64,000 bases of DNA from Nitrospirota bacterium (GTDB lineage: Bacteria > Nitrospirota > Thermodesulfovibrionia > UBA6902): positions 142-64,141 of the forward strand of contig JACRPZ010000005.1 of the NCBI GenBank assembly GCA_016222905.1. Reading direction: 5' to 3'. Under the pieces are notes generated by a model. The model saw only the letters and a program-made list of their open reading frames with translations. It was not told where the DNA came from and made no database searches. Made by a program: the position numbers and the translations under genes. This document shows positions 8,994 to 18,379 of the stretch, one piece after another. Positions within the stretch are counted from its first letter, which is position 1, and every line of letters starts with the position of its first letter.

Positions 8994-10127
8994 ATGGCCA
9001 TCTTCTTAGTAAGCTTCATCCTCATATATGGCGGCATTCACCTCTACGCATTCCTTAAGGTAAAAGCCGCGCTTCTGCCCGGCAAAATGGCTCAGCGGCT
9101 CACGGCTTTCTTTCTCATCGCAATGATCTCAGCGCCCTTCTTCGTCCGCCTTTACGAAAAGAACGGACTTGAAACCTTCGCCTATCTGACAGCACACGTG
9201 GGATTCATCTGGATGGGCATCATATTCCTCTTCTTCATATATGGAGTGCTTATAGATTTCTGGCGCTTTTTAATCTTCACAGCCGGAATTGTGCTAAAAA
9301 AGAATTTCCTCGCACTACGGCCTTCCCCAAAGTTCGCATTCTTCATACCTCTGATCATCTCTATGGCGGTCACGTCTTACGGTTATTTTGAGGCGATGGA
9401 TGTTAAGACGGAGCGCCTGACGATCAGTTCAGCAAAGATACCTCCTGAGGCGGGCAGGATAAAGATAGTGCAGATATCCGATGTCCATCTCGGGCACATC
9501 GTCCGGGAGGCAAGGCTAAAAAATATACTCGATAAAGTTAAGACGGAAAAACCCGACATCTTCATATCAACCGGCGATTTGGTTGACGGCCAGCGGAGCG
9601 AGCTTAACGCTCTCTCAAACCTCTTCAGGGAGATAAATCCGCGATATGGAAAGTTCGCCATAACAGGCAATCATGAATATTACGCGGGACTGGAACAGTC
9701 GCTTGAGTTTACCGAAAAAGCCGGATTCAGGATCTTGAGGGGCGAGGGGCTTACGGTAGGCATTATTAATATAGCAGGTGTTGATGATCAGGCTGGCATC
9801 AGTTCTGGCACTACAAAGAGCGTCAACGAAAAAGAGATGCTCTCAAGACTGCCTAAAGACAAATTCACACTCTTTCTCAAACATAGACCGCTTATTGTTG
9901 AGGATTTAAACGGCCTCTTTGACCTACAGTTGTCAGGTCATGCCCATAAAGGACAGATATTCCCGTTCAACTTTTTCGTCGGCAGGTTCTTTCCTTTTAT
10001 AAGCGGATATCATAAGATAACCGACAAATCTTCAATTTACATAAGCAGGGGGTCAGGCACATGGGGGCCTCCGATACGATTCCTCTCCCAGCCTGAAGTG
10101 ACGGTTATAGAACTGGTAAATAAATAG
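8994..10127 (+). CDS. Membrane-anchored metallophosphoesterase (YkuE-like)
   Basis: SDVHLG, TGDLVD, GNHE, SGHAHKGQ motifs; N-terminal TMs. Confidence 0.92.
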   Translation: MAIFLVSFILIYGGIHLYAFLKVKAALLPGKMAQRLTAFFLIAMISAPFFVRLYEKNGLETFAYLTAHVGFIWMGIIFLFFIYGVLIDFWRFLIFTAGIVLKKNFLALRPSPKFAFFIPLIISMAVTSYGYFEAMDVKTERLTISSAKIPPEAGRIKIVQISDVHLGHIVREARLKNILDKVKTEKPDIFISTGDLVDGQRSELNALSNLFREINPRYGKFAITGNHEYYAGLEQSLEFTEKAGFRILRGEGLTVGIINIAGVDDQAGISSGTTKSVNEKEMLSRLPKDKFTLFLKHRPLIVEDLNGLFDLQLSGHAHKGQIFPFNFFVGRFFPFISGYHKITDKSSIYISRGSGTWGPPIRFLSQPEVTVIELVNK

Positions 10128-10136
10128 CCGATAGTG

Positions 10137-10664
10137 TTAATCGGGCGACAGGTCCGCTTCGAGATTCAGATTGATCCGAACATCTTTGCCCACCATTATT
10201 CCATCTTCCATGAGTTGGTTCCATGTCATGCCGAAGTCTTCGCGATTCAGGTTTGTTGACGCGTTAAATCCTATACAGGTCTCGCCAAAAGGACTTTTTA
10301 TGGGACCGAGGTATTCAAAGTCTAAAGTTATTTGACGGGTAATCCCGTGAATGCTTAAATCGCCTGAAACCTTACCATTACTGAAACCCGTCTTTTCCGA
10401 ATTTTTGCTTTTGAAGATGATCTCAGGAAATTTATCGCTGTGAAAAAAATCTTCGCTTCGGAGGTGCTCATCACGCTTGCTTATTCCTGTAAAGAGACTC
10501 GATACTTCGATCTTTAATTCCGCGGAGAGATTTTTTATATTACCAGTGTCAAATTCAATTGTGCCTGATATCTTATTGAACTGGCCGTGTACATGAGTTA
10601 TCATCATATGCCGGATGGCAAAAGCTGCTACAGAGTGGTCAGGGTCGATTCTCCATTTAGCCAT
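10137..10664 (-). CDS. YceI family protein
   Basis: WRIDPDHS, RDEHLRSEDFF, LNREDFGMTWN. Confidence 0.93.
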   Translation of the reverse strand: MAKWRIDPDHSVAAFAIRHMMITHVHGQFNKISGTIEFDTGNIKNLSAELKIEVSSLFTGISKRDEHLRSEDFFHSDKFPEIIFKSKNSEKTGFSNGKVSGDLSIHGITRQITLDFEYLGPIKSPFGETCIGFNASTNLNREDFGMTWNQLMEDGIMVGKDVRINLNLEADLSPD

Positions 10665-10705
10665 AATTTAATCTTTCTTTTTTTCTTCTTCTTGCTTTGG
10701 CATAA

Positions 10706-11764
10706 TCAGGCAGGCCGCCCATCTATTAAATAACATTGTGGGTCTTCCGCAAGATAATCGCTTTGCCCGACTATTTTTGAATAAGCAAAAGCGATGGCTC
10801 TGCAGCCCCTGCAATCCGCCCATCTTTGACAGCTTCCGCATTTCCCCTTATATCTCTTTTTGTCCCGCAGGGCCTGCAAAACTTCGGAAGTGGCCCATAC
10901 CTCTCTTAATGAGTCTCGCCGTATATTGCCTATGGAAATCTCCAACCTTCTGCATGGAAGAAGGGTACCGTCAGAAAGAATGGTGATACCTGATACGCCT
11001 GCCGCGCATCCACCTGAAGGTATGGCGCTGTCATCTCTTTCATATATTTTCGCTATCGATTGTGAAGCAACAGGATCACCCGTGACTATTTCAAGTCCGC
11101 CGGATTCCATGAAAAATATTTTTTTATAAAGCTCTTCCACAGACTCCGTACCCAGCATCTTTTCGGCTATGTCCTTTCCCCTGCCTGCAGGAACGAGTCT
11201 TGAAAAACCGACTCTCTGCACACCAAGGCCAGATGCCAACCGGAGAATGTCCATAAAATGATCCGCGTTTAATTTTGAGAGCGTAACATTCAGTGTCACT
11301 TTCAAACCTGTATCAAGCAGATTTTTAACCCCTCTTACAGAAGCCGCATAACTGCCTTTGCCCCTTATTGTGTCATGCACCTGTTCAGGCCCTTCAATGC
11401 TTACCTGGACGCCTTTTATCCCGGCGGACGCGAGCCGTTCTGCCGCCTCTTTATCAATAAGAGTACCGTTAGTAAGCAGGAACATATCAAATTTATGTTC
11501 AGATATTTCATTGAGAATTTGAAAGAGGTCGCCGCGTAACAAAGGCTCTCCTCCGGTTATGTTGAAGCTTGATGAAAAGTCTATGCCGTAGATCTCTTTC
11601 CATATGTTTATCGTCTCTGATATTTCATCAAGCGCCTCTTTCACTTCAGGGAAAGACATTTCACTTCTTCTGCCATCTGTCTGGTAGCAATGTTTACAGG
11701 AGAGATTGCATCTTTCGGTAAGATGCCACTGTATGAAGAAATCAAAGATATGATTGATAGACAT
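10706..11764 (-). CDS. Radical SAM/SPASM protein, probable peptide maturase
   Basis: CNLSCKHC (CxxxCxxC), TGGEPLL, SPASM cysteines GCAAG..PC..CGSCx5CRGC..DPQC. Confidence 0.93.
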   Translation of the reverse strand: MSINHIFDFFIQWHLTERCNLSCKHCYQTDGRRSEMSFPEVKEALDEISETINIWKEIYGIDFSSSFNITGGEPLLRGDLFQILNEISEHKFDMFLLTNGTLIDKEAAERLASAGIKGVQVSIEGPEQVHDTIRGKGSYAASVRGVKNLLDTGLKVTLNVTLSKLNADHFMDILRLASGLGVQRVGFSRLVPAGRGKDIAEKMLGTESVEELYKKIFFMESGGLEIVTGDPVASQSIAKIYERDDSAIPSGGCAAGVSGITILSDGTLLPCRRLEISIGNIRRDSLREVWATSEVLQALRDKKRYKGKCGSCQRWADCRGCRAIAFAYSKIVGQSDYLAEDPQCYLIDGRPA

Positions 11765-11798
11765 AATAAAATGTAGAACAGGTCAGGGCATGATTATT

Positions 11799-11864
11799 AA
11801 AAAACAGATATGGCAGAATCCTTTCAGTTTTAATGATAACGCTGTAAGGTTCCGCCATATCTGT
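11799..11864 (-). terminator. Long stem-loop with U-tract between precursor and maturase genes
   Basis: Minus strand ACAGATATGGCGGAACCTTACAG...CTGAAAGGATTCTGCCATATCTGT followed by TTTTT. Confidence 0.7.
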
Positions 11865-11870
11865 CTGCCT

Positions 11871-11891
11871 TAGTTGCTGGACCAGCAACTA
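11871..11891 (-). promoter_or_regulatory. Putative bacterial SECIS element
   Basis: UAGUUGCUG-GUC-CAGCAACUA perfect hairpin; the GGUC apex starts 17 nt after the second UGA and 26 nt after the first; resembles the E. coli fdhF apical stem GGUUGCAGGUCUGCACC. Confidence 0.65.
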
Positions 11892-12014
11892 TTAACTCTT
11901 TCAGCCCTTTCACTTGCGGCATACCTTGCCAGGATTCTCCTTGTCTGTCTTCTTCAGACTTTCCCAGAAGGCAGCCTCTTTCTGAAGCGCTTCTTTACTA
12001 AAGGGTTTCTTCAT
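11892..12014 (-). CDS. Putative selenocysteine-containing RiPP precursor MKKPFSKEALQKEAAFWESLKKTDKENPGKVCRK-U-KG-U-KS (34 aa if the first TGA is a stop)
   Basis: Strong RBS AGGAGGTGAG (12021-12030) 6 nt before ATG; TGA at 11910-11912 and 11901-11903, then TAA TAG; directly upstream of the rSAM/SPASM gene; absent from the ORF track. Confidence 0.75.
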
Positions 12015-12056
12015 CCTGTCCTCACCTCCTTTCCTTGTGACAACTGCCATAATTCA

Positions 12057-12085
12057 ATCATATCAATTACCGTAACAGTAAACAA
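12057..12085 (-). promoter_or_regulatory. Sigma-70 promoter for the precursor peptide gene
   Basis: TTGTTT-17nt-TATGAT with extended -10 TG. Confidence 0.5.
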
Positions 12086-12114
12086 GGGGTGTATAAGTAG
12101 AAAGAGGCGCGGGG

Positions 12115-12666
12115 TTATTTTATCCTTTTGGAAATCGTTTTAAATTCAGGGGTTCCGGCCTTTTCAAGGAGTTGAAACAAAACTGTCTCAGCGCAGGTTA
12201 TCACAGCTCCGGCATCACGCATCAATTCCATACCTGTCAGATAATCATCCTTCTTTCTTGAGCATATGGCATCGCTCACAAGATGAACGAGATATTTCTC
12301 TTTCAGCAAACTTAAACATGTCTGCAAAACGCAAACATGCGTCTCCATGCCAGTGAGGATGACCTGATTCCTCTTCAGAGAGGCTACATTCTCAAGAAAG
12401 CCGTTGCCTTTACAGCAGTCGAACGTAACCTTCTCAAGCGGTTCATATGAGGGGAGGGCTTCCTTAATTTCATTAATTGTATGCCCAAGACCCTTTGGAT
12501 ACTGTTCTGTAACAATGACAGGGATGTTTAAAAGTTTTGCGGCTTCAATAAGATGAAGGCAGTTATTGACCACCTTCTCTTTTTGTTTCATGACAACAGC
12601 GAGTTTCTCCTGTATGTCCACGATGACGAGAACAGAGTTGTCTTTATCGAGGATGAATTTGTCCAT
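12115..12666 (-). CDS. Isochorismatase-family cysteine hydrolase (YcaC-like)
   Basis: VIVDIQEKL, TEQYPKGLG, GMETHVCV; start placed at MDKF. Confidence 0.9.
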   Translation of the reverse strand: MDKFILDKDNSVLVIVDIQEKLAVVMKQKEKVVNNCLHLIEAAKLLNIPVIVTEQYPKGLGHTINEIKEALPSYEPLEKVTFDCCKGNGFLENVASLKRNQVILTGMETHVCVLQTCLSLLKEKYLVHLVSDAICSRKKDDYLTGMELMRDAGAVITCAETVLFQLLEKAGTPEFKTISKRIK

Positions 12667-13215
12667 GTGGAAATATAATATCAAATCTATAGCAATTCTG
12701 TTGTATAACACTTATAAGGCCCCTGTATGTCAAGAGACAAATGACACCTAATCAGAAATAAGAAATAAAGAATTCCATTTCCATATTTTTTAAAGACTGC
12801 CAGTCAGTTCTGACTTGATTTCAAAAACGGCGTCAGATTAATATCTGCACCAAACACTTATCGCGGTTCAATAGTCATGAGAAAGAGAACTGTTTTCACA
12901 ATCTTTATCCCTGACGACAGCGGAGGGATCAATCGCCCTTGTTCTCCACGACCTGGAAACAATTTGATACCCTTATGCCGTCCTAATCACAAGTATGGTT
13001 CATCCCGACTGTTCGGGATCGTCCAGTTAATATCAGGCTCGGGTAAGGGGCAGAACCCGTACAATCTCTTATATGTTATGAGGAACCGGATGTCATAATA
13101 CTCTCCTCTTATCTGCATGTTTTTTCGGTAACATGCAGATAAGAGTCAACGATATGTCTTATCTTCTCCCTACGGTAACATTTATTGTGAGTCAATTCGC
13201 CTATCCGTCAATATC

Positions 13216-13258
13216 TTGACAAAAAATTAGGCGGTAAATTATACTTACCGGTAGGTAA
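13216..13258 (+). promoter_or_regulatory. Sigma-70 promoter and palindromic TetR operator
   Basis: TTGACA-18nt-TATACT immediately followed by TTACC-GGTA-GGTAA. Confidence 0.65.
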
Positions 13259-13284
13259 AACAATTAATTGCGCAAAGAATTTTT

Positions 13285-13914
13285 ATGATAACTAGAAATA
13301 AACGCTCTGCAAAACCTGAAAAGCACGCGGCTCGGGAACGGCTTCTAATTGCTGCCCTTGATATCTTCACAGAAAAAGGATATGCCTCAACCTCAGTACG
13401 GGAGATCGTTGAGGCCGCGAGGGTGACAAAACCGATGCTATATTACTATTTCGGGAACAAAGAAGGCATATATATGGAACTCATGAGGGAACCTTTTAAA
13501 GTTCTTGAGAAGATATTGGTTGAGACCGCGCATGAAGAATTAAGCTCCCGTGAACGCGTGATGCAGATGTATAACCGCATATTCCTCCTCTTCCTCAAAA
13601 ATCTCAAGGCGGCAAGGCTTATGTATTCAATCTATTACGGGCCTCCGCAGGGCGCGCCTTTTATTGACTTTGAGAGTTACCATTTGAAGATAAAAGAGGT
13701 TACGGAGTTAATTGTTAAGGACGGGATTAGAAGCGGCGAATTAAGGGCGGTGAATGCCGATACATTGACATGGGTGTTGATAGGAGCGCTGAACTTCGTG
13801 TTTGAGGAGCAGCTCTGTCACCGCTCTCCGATGATTGACAAAAAAGGACTGGCCGGCATGCTCGATTTAATCTTTGACGGTGTTGCTTCTATAAAATCAA
13901 AAAGGAAAAGGTAA
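13285..13914 (+). CDS. TetR/AcrR family regulator
   Basis: KGYASTSVREI...KPMLYYYFGNKEG HTH. Confidence 0.93.
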   Translation: MITRNKRSAKPEKHAARERLLIAALDIFTEKGYASTSVREIVEAARVTKPMLYYYFGNKEGIYMELMREPFKVLEKILVETAHEELSSRERVMQMYNRIFLLFLKNLKAARLMYSIYYGPPQGAPFIDFESYHLKIKEVTELIVKDGIRSGELRAVNADTLTWVLIGALNFVFEEQLCHRSPMIDKKGLAGMLDLIFDGVASIKSKRKR

Positions 13915-13967
13915 TTTACTATGCTATTAATCATCAAATATCTTAAAGATAGTTTAATGTTGATATT

Positions 13968-14057
13968 CCCTCGCCCCTTGAGGGAGAGGGTTAGGGAGAG
14001 GGGTAATTCAATAAGAAAATTCACCCTCCCCTTAATCCCCTCCCCTCAAGGGAGGGG
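13968..14057. repeat. Paired REP/MITE-like palindromic element
   Basis: CCCTCGCCCCTTGAGGGAGAGGGTTAGGGAGAGGGG + CCCTCCCCTTAATCCCCTCCCCTCAAGGGAGGGG; further copies at 50040-50123 and 52952-53042. Confidence 0.8.
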
Positions 14058-14113
14058 AAATATCATGCGGTCGATAGCCTTTCATGTCTGCAACGATTGG
14101 AATGGAGTTCGCT

Positions 14114-15271
14114 ATGAATAAGAACATACTACTATTTTTTGTATTGCTGACTGCGCTATGGATGTCTGGCTGTTCTTCTAAAAACGCTGACAATAAAAAA
14201 GACGAAAATGCAGGGCCTCCCCCGGTTGCGGTCGAAACCATGAAGGTTGCAGCGGCAGAACTGACCGAAGGTTTGGACGTGGTCGGTTCCCTTACCCCAA
14301 AATTAGAGGCAGAGATAAAGTCACAGATCCCCGGCCTCATAAGCGAGGTTCGTGTTACAGAGTGGGTGAGAGTAAAGAAGAATGATCTGCTGGCCCGGAT
14401 AGATGTGAGTGAGACAGATGGGATGGTAAAAAGGGCTGAGGCCGCGGTTGAATCAGCAAAAGCCGGACTTTTACAGGCGCAGGTTTCTGCCCAGCGCGCA
14501 GAGCGTGACAAGGCGCGTATGCAGCAGCTCATAGAATACGGCCTTGCCACACAGCAGAATTATGACGATGCGGCATCAGAGACAGAGGCCGCGAATGCAG
14601 GCGTTGAAGCAGCGCGCGCCCAGATCAGTGCGGCAGAGGGAGAAGTTCATCAATATCAGGCGCGCCTTGCAAAAGGGCTTATTCTTTCGCCGATGGACGG
14701 GGTTGTTTCCATGCGCGATGTGAATGTTGGCGATCTTGCCAGCGACACAGGAGCGGCCAAAGTGCTCTTTAAGATCGTTGATAACAGGATATTCAACCTT
14801 ACCGTCACAGTCCCATCAGTAGATATGGCTTCCATAAGAATCGGAAATCCTCTGACGTTTACGGTGGACGCGCTTCCCGGTAGGACATTTTCAGGCAAGG
14901 TAATGTACATAAACCCCGCTGTGGATGAAATGGACAGGGCAGTCAAGGTGATCGCTGAAGTTCCCAATGAATCAGGAGAGCTCAAGGGCGGACTTTTCGT
15001 AAAGGGCAGGATTCAGACCGGGATCAGGAAAAATATTATCCAGGTCCCCCGTTCCGCCCTCAGCAGTTTAAATATTGCGGAAAAGAAAGCTGCTTTGTAT
15101 ATTGTAGAAAATGACCTGGCGCATTACAGGGAAGTGGTTACAGGAGCAGTTGCAGGAGATCAGGTTGAGATCGTTTCAGGGCTCAATACCGGAGAATTGC
15201 TGGTTGTACGAGGCGGCTTTAATTTAAAGGACAAAGACAAGGTCATTATCTCCGGCGGACAGGTGAAATAG
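14114..15271 (+). CDS. RND efflux periplasmic adaptor (MFP), lipoprotein
   Basis: GGAG RBS before ATG 14114; lipobox MSGC; SPMDGVV; GL..GE.LVVRG. Confidence 0.9.
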   Translation: MNKNILLFFVLLTALWMSGCSSKNADNKKDENAGPPPVAVETMKVAAAELTEGLDVVGSLTPKLEAEIKSQIPGLISEVRVTEWVRVKKNDLLARIDVSETDGMVKRAEAAVESAKAGLLQAQVSAQRAERDKARMQQLIEYGLATQQNYDDAASETEAANAGVEAARAQISAAEGEVHQYQARLAKGLILSPMDGVVSMRDVNVGDLASDTGAAKVLFKIVDNRIFNLTVTVPSVDMASIRIGNPLTFTVDALPGRTFSGKVMYINPAVDEMDRAVKVIAEVPNESGELKGGLFVKGRIQTGIRKNIIQVPRSALSSLNIAEKKAALYIVENDLAHYREVVTGAVAGDQVEIVSGLNTGELLVVRGGFNLKDKDKVIISGGQVK

Positions 15272-15274
15272 AGG

Positions 15275-18200
15275 ATGCTGCTTTCAGATCTTTCCATAAA
15301 AAGGCCCATACTTGCAACGGTCATGATGCTGACCCTCGTTGTATTGGGAATATTCTCATACCGCAGGCTCTCCGTTGAAATGTACCCCAATGTAGAGATA
15401 CCGGTTGTCTCGATCGTCACAAAATTCCCCGGCGCATCTCCGGAAAGTGTTGAAAGGGAATTGTCAAAAAAGATCGAGGAGGCGGTAAATCCCATTGCCG
15501 GGGTGAAGCGCGTTATCTCATATTCCCGCGAAGGTGTCTCAACTGTTGTGGTGGAGTTCCGTCTTGAAGAGAAGATAAACGAGGTCGCTCAGGAGACACG
15601 CGCAAAGATAAACGCTGTTCGGGGCGAACTGCCGCAGGGGATAGAAGACCCGATAATACAGAAACTCGATTTCAACGCCATGCCTGTGATCTCGCTTGCG
15701 GTCCGTTCTTCGTCACTCTCAAGCCGCGATCTGACGCTTTTGGTTGAGAAGAAGATAAAGCGCCGTCTTGAAACCGTTTCCGGGGTCGGAAAGGTTTATC
15801 TGGTCGGTTCGGCAAAGAGGGAAGTTAATGTTGTTATAGACCCGATCCGTATAGAGTCTCTCGGCATCGGTGTAGATACAGTAATAAACGGGCTCAAGTC
15901 GGAAAACGTGAATACACCGATGGGAAGGCTGAACCAAGGTAACACAGAGTATCCGCTTCGTATTTCAGGAAAGCCGGACAGGGTGGAAGAGTTCCGCTCT
16001 ATGGTTATAGGTGAACGGGACGGCAGGCCTATAAGGCTTTCAGAAGTTGCTGATGTTGTAGACGGCATTGAAGAGGAGCGTTCCCTTGCGCTGGTAAACG
16101 GTGTTCCGGCAGTGGCGCTCGACATTCAGAAACAGTCCGGCGCGAACATGGTGGAGGTTGTTGACGCGATTATAAAGCGTGTTGCACAGCTTCAGCCTGA
16201 GCTCCCTTCAGGCGTAACACTGGATGTAGTCCGCGACGCATCAACAATGACGCGGGACTCGCTCAGAGACGTGCAGGAGACGATGATCATCGGCGGCATT
16301 CTAACTATCCTTATAGTCTTCTGCTTCATAAACTCATGGCGCTCAACAGTCATCACAGGGCTCACGCTTCCTATATCTGTAATATCATCATTCATTATTA
16401 TGAATGCGTTAGGCATGACGCTGAATATAATGACGCTCATGGCGCTCTCACTTGCAATAGGCCTCCTGATAGATGACGCAATCGTTGTCCGTGAAAATAT
16501 AGTCCGGCATCTTGAAAGAGGGGAAGACCACTTTACTGCAGCGCGCAACGGCACGAGCGAGATCGGGCTCGCAGTCTTTGCCACTACCATGTCTATTCTT
16601 GCGGTATTTGTGCCGGTGGCTTATATGAAGGGTATTGTGGGGCGTTTCTTCTTCTCATTCGGCATCACTGTGGCCTTTGCGGTTGCTGTATCTCTTTTTG
16701 TATCCTTCACTCTTGATCCCATGCTCTCTTCGCGCTGGCATGATCCCTCGATACACAGGGGAGGAAAACGCGGATTCATCTCGCGCATGCTTGACCGCTT
16801 CAATGATTTTTTTGAAATGATAGCTGAGCGTTATCGTCATCTGATAGGCTGGGCTTTGGGACATAGGAAAACAGTTCTCTTCTCTGCGTTGGCCGCCTTT
16901 ATCGCCGGGATTATGATATTCGGCATGCTCGAATCCTCCTTCATGACCAATTTTGACAAGGGTGAATTTCAGGTGAGTTTCAAGACAGCTCCTGACGCAT
17001 CGCTTAACGAGAGCCGCAGCCGTCTAAACGCAATACTTGCAGCGCTCAAAGATATTCCTGAAATAGCTCACACTTATTCAACGGTCGGAGCAGGAGACAG
17101 CGGAACAGTACAGAGCGGAGTGGCCTACATGAAGCTCAAGGAACGCTCTGAAAGAAAAAGGAACCAGGATGCTATCCAGCGGGATGTCCGCGACAGGCTT
17201 CAGCGTATTCCGGGAATTAAGATTTCCATTGAGGAGGCGGGCGGCGTTGGAAGCAGTATTAAACCGCTCGTGGTCAATGTTAGGGGAGAGGATATCGCTT
17301 TATTAAAAAAATATTCAGCCGAGCTGAAAACTGAGATGTTCGGGATCCCCGGTATTGTCGACATTGAAGCGACGTTAGAGAATGACATCCCTGAATACCG
17401 TCTTACAGTGGACAGGGAAAAGGCTGTAAGCGCCGGAATTATGACCGACCGCATCGTCCGCACAGTGAGCGCGCTTGTAGGCGGTGAAGCAGTCTCCACC
17501 TATGAAGACGAGGACGGCGATTCAGTTGACGTGCGGGTCAGGCTGCCTGAGCATCTGCGCCAGGACCCGTCGCAGGTGCAGAACCTGAGGCTTACTGTAC
17601 AGAAGGAAAACCAGCCTTCCGGCCTCATAGCCCTGTCGAACATCGCTTCGTATAATGTTAGCGACTCGCCCTCGGAGATCAACCGGCAGGCCCTCACACG
17701 TGAGGTAGTCATAACTGCCAACCTCGACGGCGTGCCTATCGGGACCGCAGTAAGCAAGGTGCAGAAGGCCGCTGAAAAGATCAAAATGGAGCCCGGCTAT
17801 AAGTTCGTCTTTTCAGGAGAAGCAGAGGACATGGCGGAATCTTTCGGATATATGGGAGAATCTCTTATCCTTGCGGTCATCCTTGTCTATCTCATACTGG
17901 CTGCGCAGTTCGAATCGTTTCTTGAACCGATGGCCATAATGCTTTCTCTGCCCCTTTCCATTGTCGGAATGGCAGGGATGCTTTTCCTGACAGGAGATAC
18001 GATAAATATAATGTCGCTTATTGGGTTGATCATGCTAATGGGTCTGGTCACAAAGAACGCCATTCTCCTTGTGGACTATACAAAGGTGTTGCGGGGACGC
18101 GGCATGGAGAGAAGTGAAGCGGTCGTAACTGCAGGAAGAACAAGGCTCCGGCCTATTCTGATGACAACGCTCGCTATGGTCTTCGGCATGATGCCGCTCG

Positions 18201-18379
18201 CCTTTGCCCTCGGCGCAGGTTCAGAAATGCGCGCGCCTATGGCGCGTGCCGTGATCGGCGGGCTTCTCACTTCTACCGTACTGACTCTTCTGGTCGTCCC
18301 GGTAGTCTACACGGTGCTGGATGATTTCAGCGTCTGGCTGCGGAAACGCTTAAGCTTTAAAAAGGTGGTGACAACATGA
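15275..18379 (+). CDS. RND efflux permease (AcrB/AcrD/AcrF family)
   Basis: IGLLIDDAIVVRENI, KNAILLVDY, RLRPILMT. Confidence 0.96.
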   Translation: MLLSDLSIKRPILATVMMLTLVVLGIFSYRRLSVEMYPNVEIPVVSIVTKFPGASPESVERELSKKIEEAVNPIAGVKRVISYSREGVSTVVVEFRLEEKINEVAQETRAKINAVRGELPQGIEDPIIQKLDFNAMPVISLAVRSSSLSSRDLTLLVEKKIKRRLETVSGVGKVYLVGSAKREVNVVIDPIRIESLGIGVDTVINGLKSENVNTPMGRLNQGNTEYPLRISGKPDRVEEFRSMVIGERDGRPIRLSEVADVVDGIEEERSLALVNGVPAVALDIQKQSGANMVEVVDAIIKRVAQLQPELPSGVTLDVVRDASTMTRDSLRDVQETMIIGGILTILIVFCFINSWRSTVITGLTLPISVISSFIIMNALGMTLNIMTLMALSLAIGLLIDDAIVVRENIVRHLERGEDHFTAARNGTSEIGLAVFATTMSILAVFVPVAYMKGIVGRFFFSFGITVAFAVAVSLFVSFTLDPMLSSRWHDPSIHRGGKRGFISRMLDRFNDFFEMIAERYRHLIGWALGHRKTVLFSALAAFIAGIMIFGMLESSFMTNFDKGEFQVSFKTAPDASLNESRSRLNAILAALKDIPEIAHTYSTVGAGDSGTVQSGVAYMKLKERSERKRNQDAIQRDVRDRLQRIPGIKISIEEAGGVGSSIKPLVVNVRGEDIALLKKYSAELKTEMFGIPGIVDIEATLENDIPEYRLTVDREKAVSAGIMTDRIVRTVSALVGGEAVSTYEDEDGDSVDVRVRLPEHLRQDPSQVQNLRLTVQKENQPSGLIALSNIASYNVSDSPSEINRQALTREVVITANLDGVPIGTAVSKVQKAAEKIKMEPGYKFVFSGEAEDMAESFGYMGESLILAVILVYLILAAQFESFLEPMAIMLSLPLSIVGMAGMLFLTGDTINIMSLIGLIMLMGLVTKNAILLVDYTKVLRGRGMERSEAVVTAGRTRLRPILMTTLAMVFGMMPLAFALGAGSEMRAPMARAVIGGLLTSTVLTLLVVPVVYTVLDDFSVWLRKRLSFKKVVTT

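Noticed and set aside
11874-12143. 89-aa plus-strand ORF over the precursor locus
   Set aside because: No RBS and antisense to the RBS-supported peptide ORF; shadow frame
12877-13098. 73-aa ORF in the intergenic region
   Set aside because: No RBS and no protein-like motifs
13818-14121. ORFs containing LPLIPSPQGRG-type sequence (also 49788-50114, 52828-53073)
   Set aside because: Translations of the REP-like repeats, not genes
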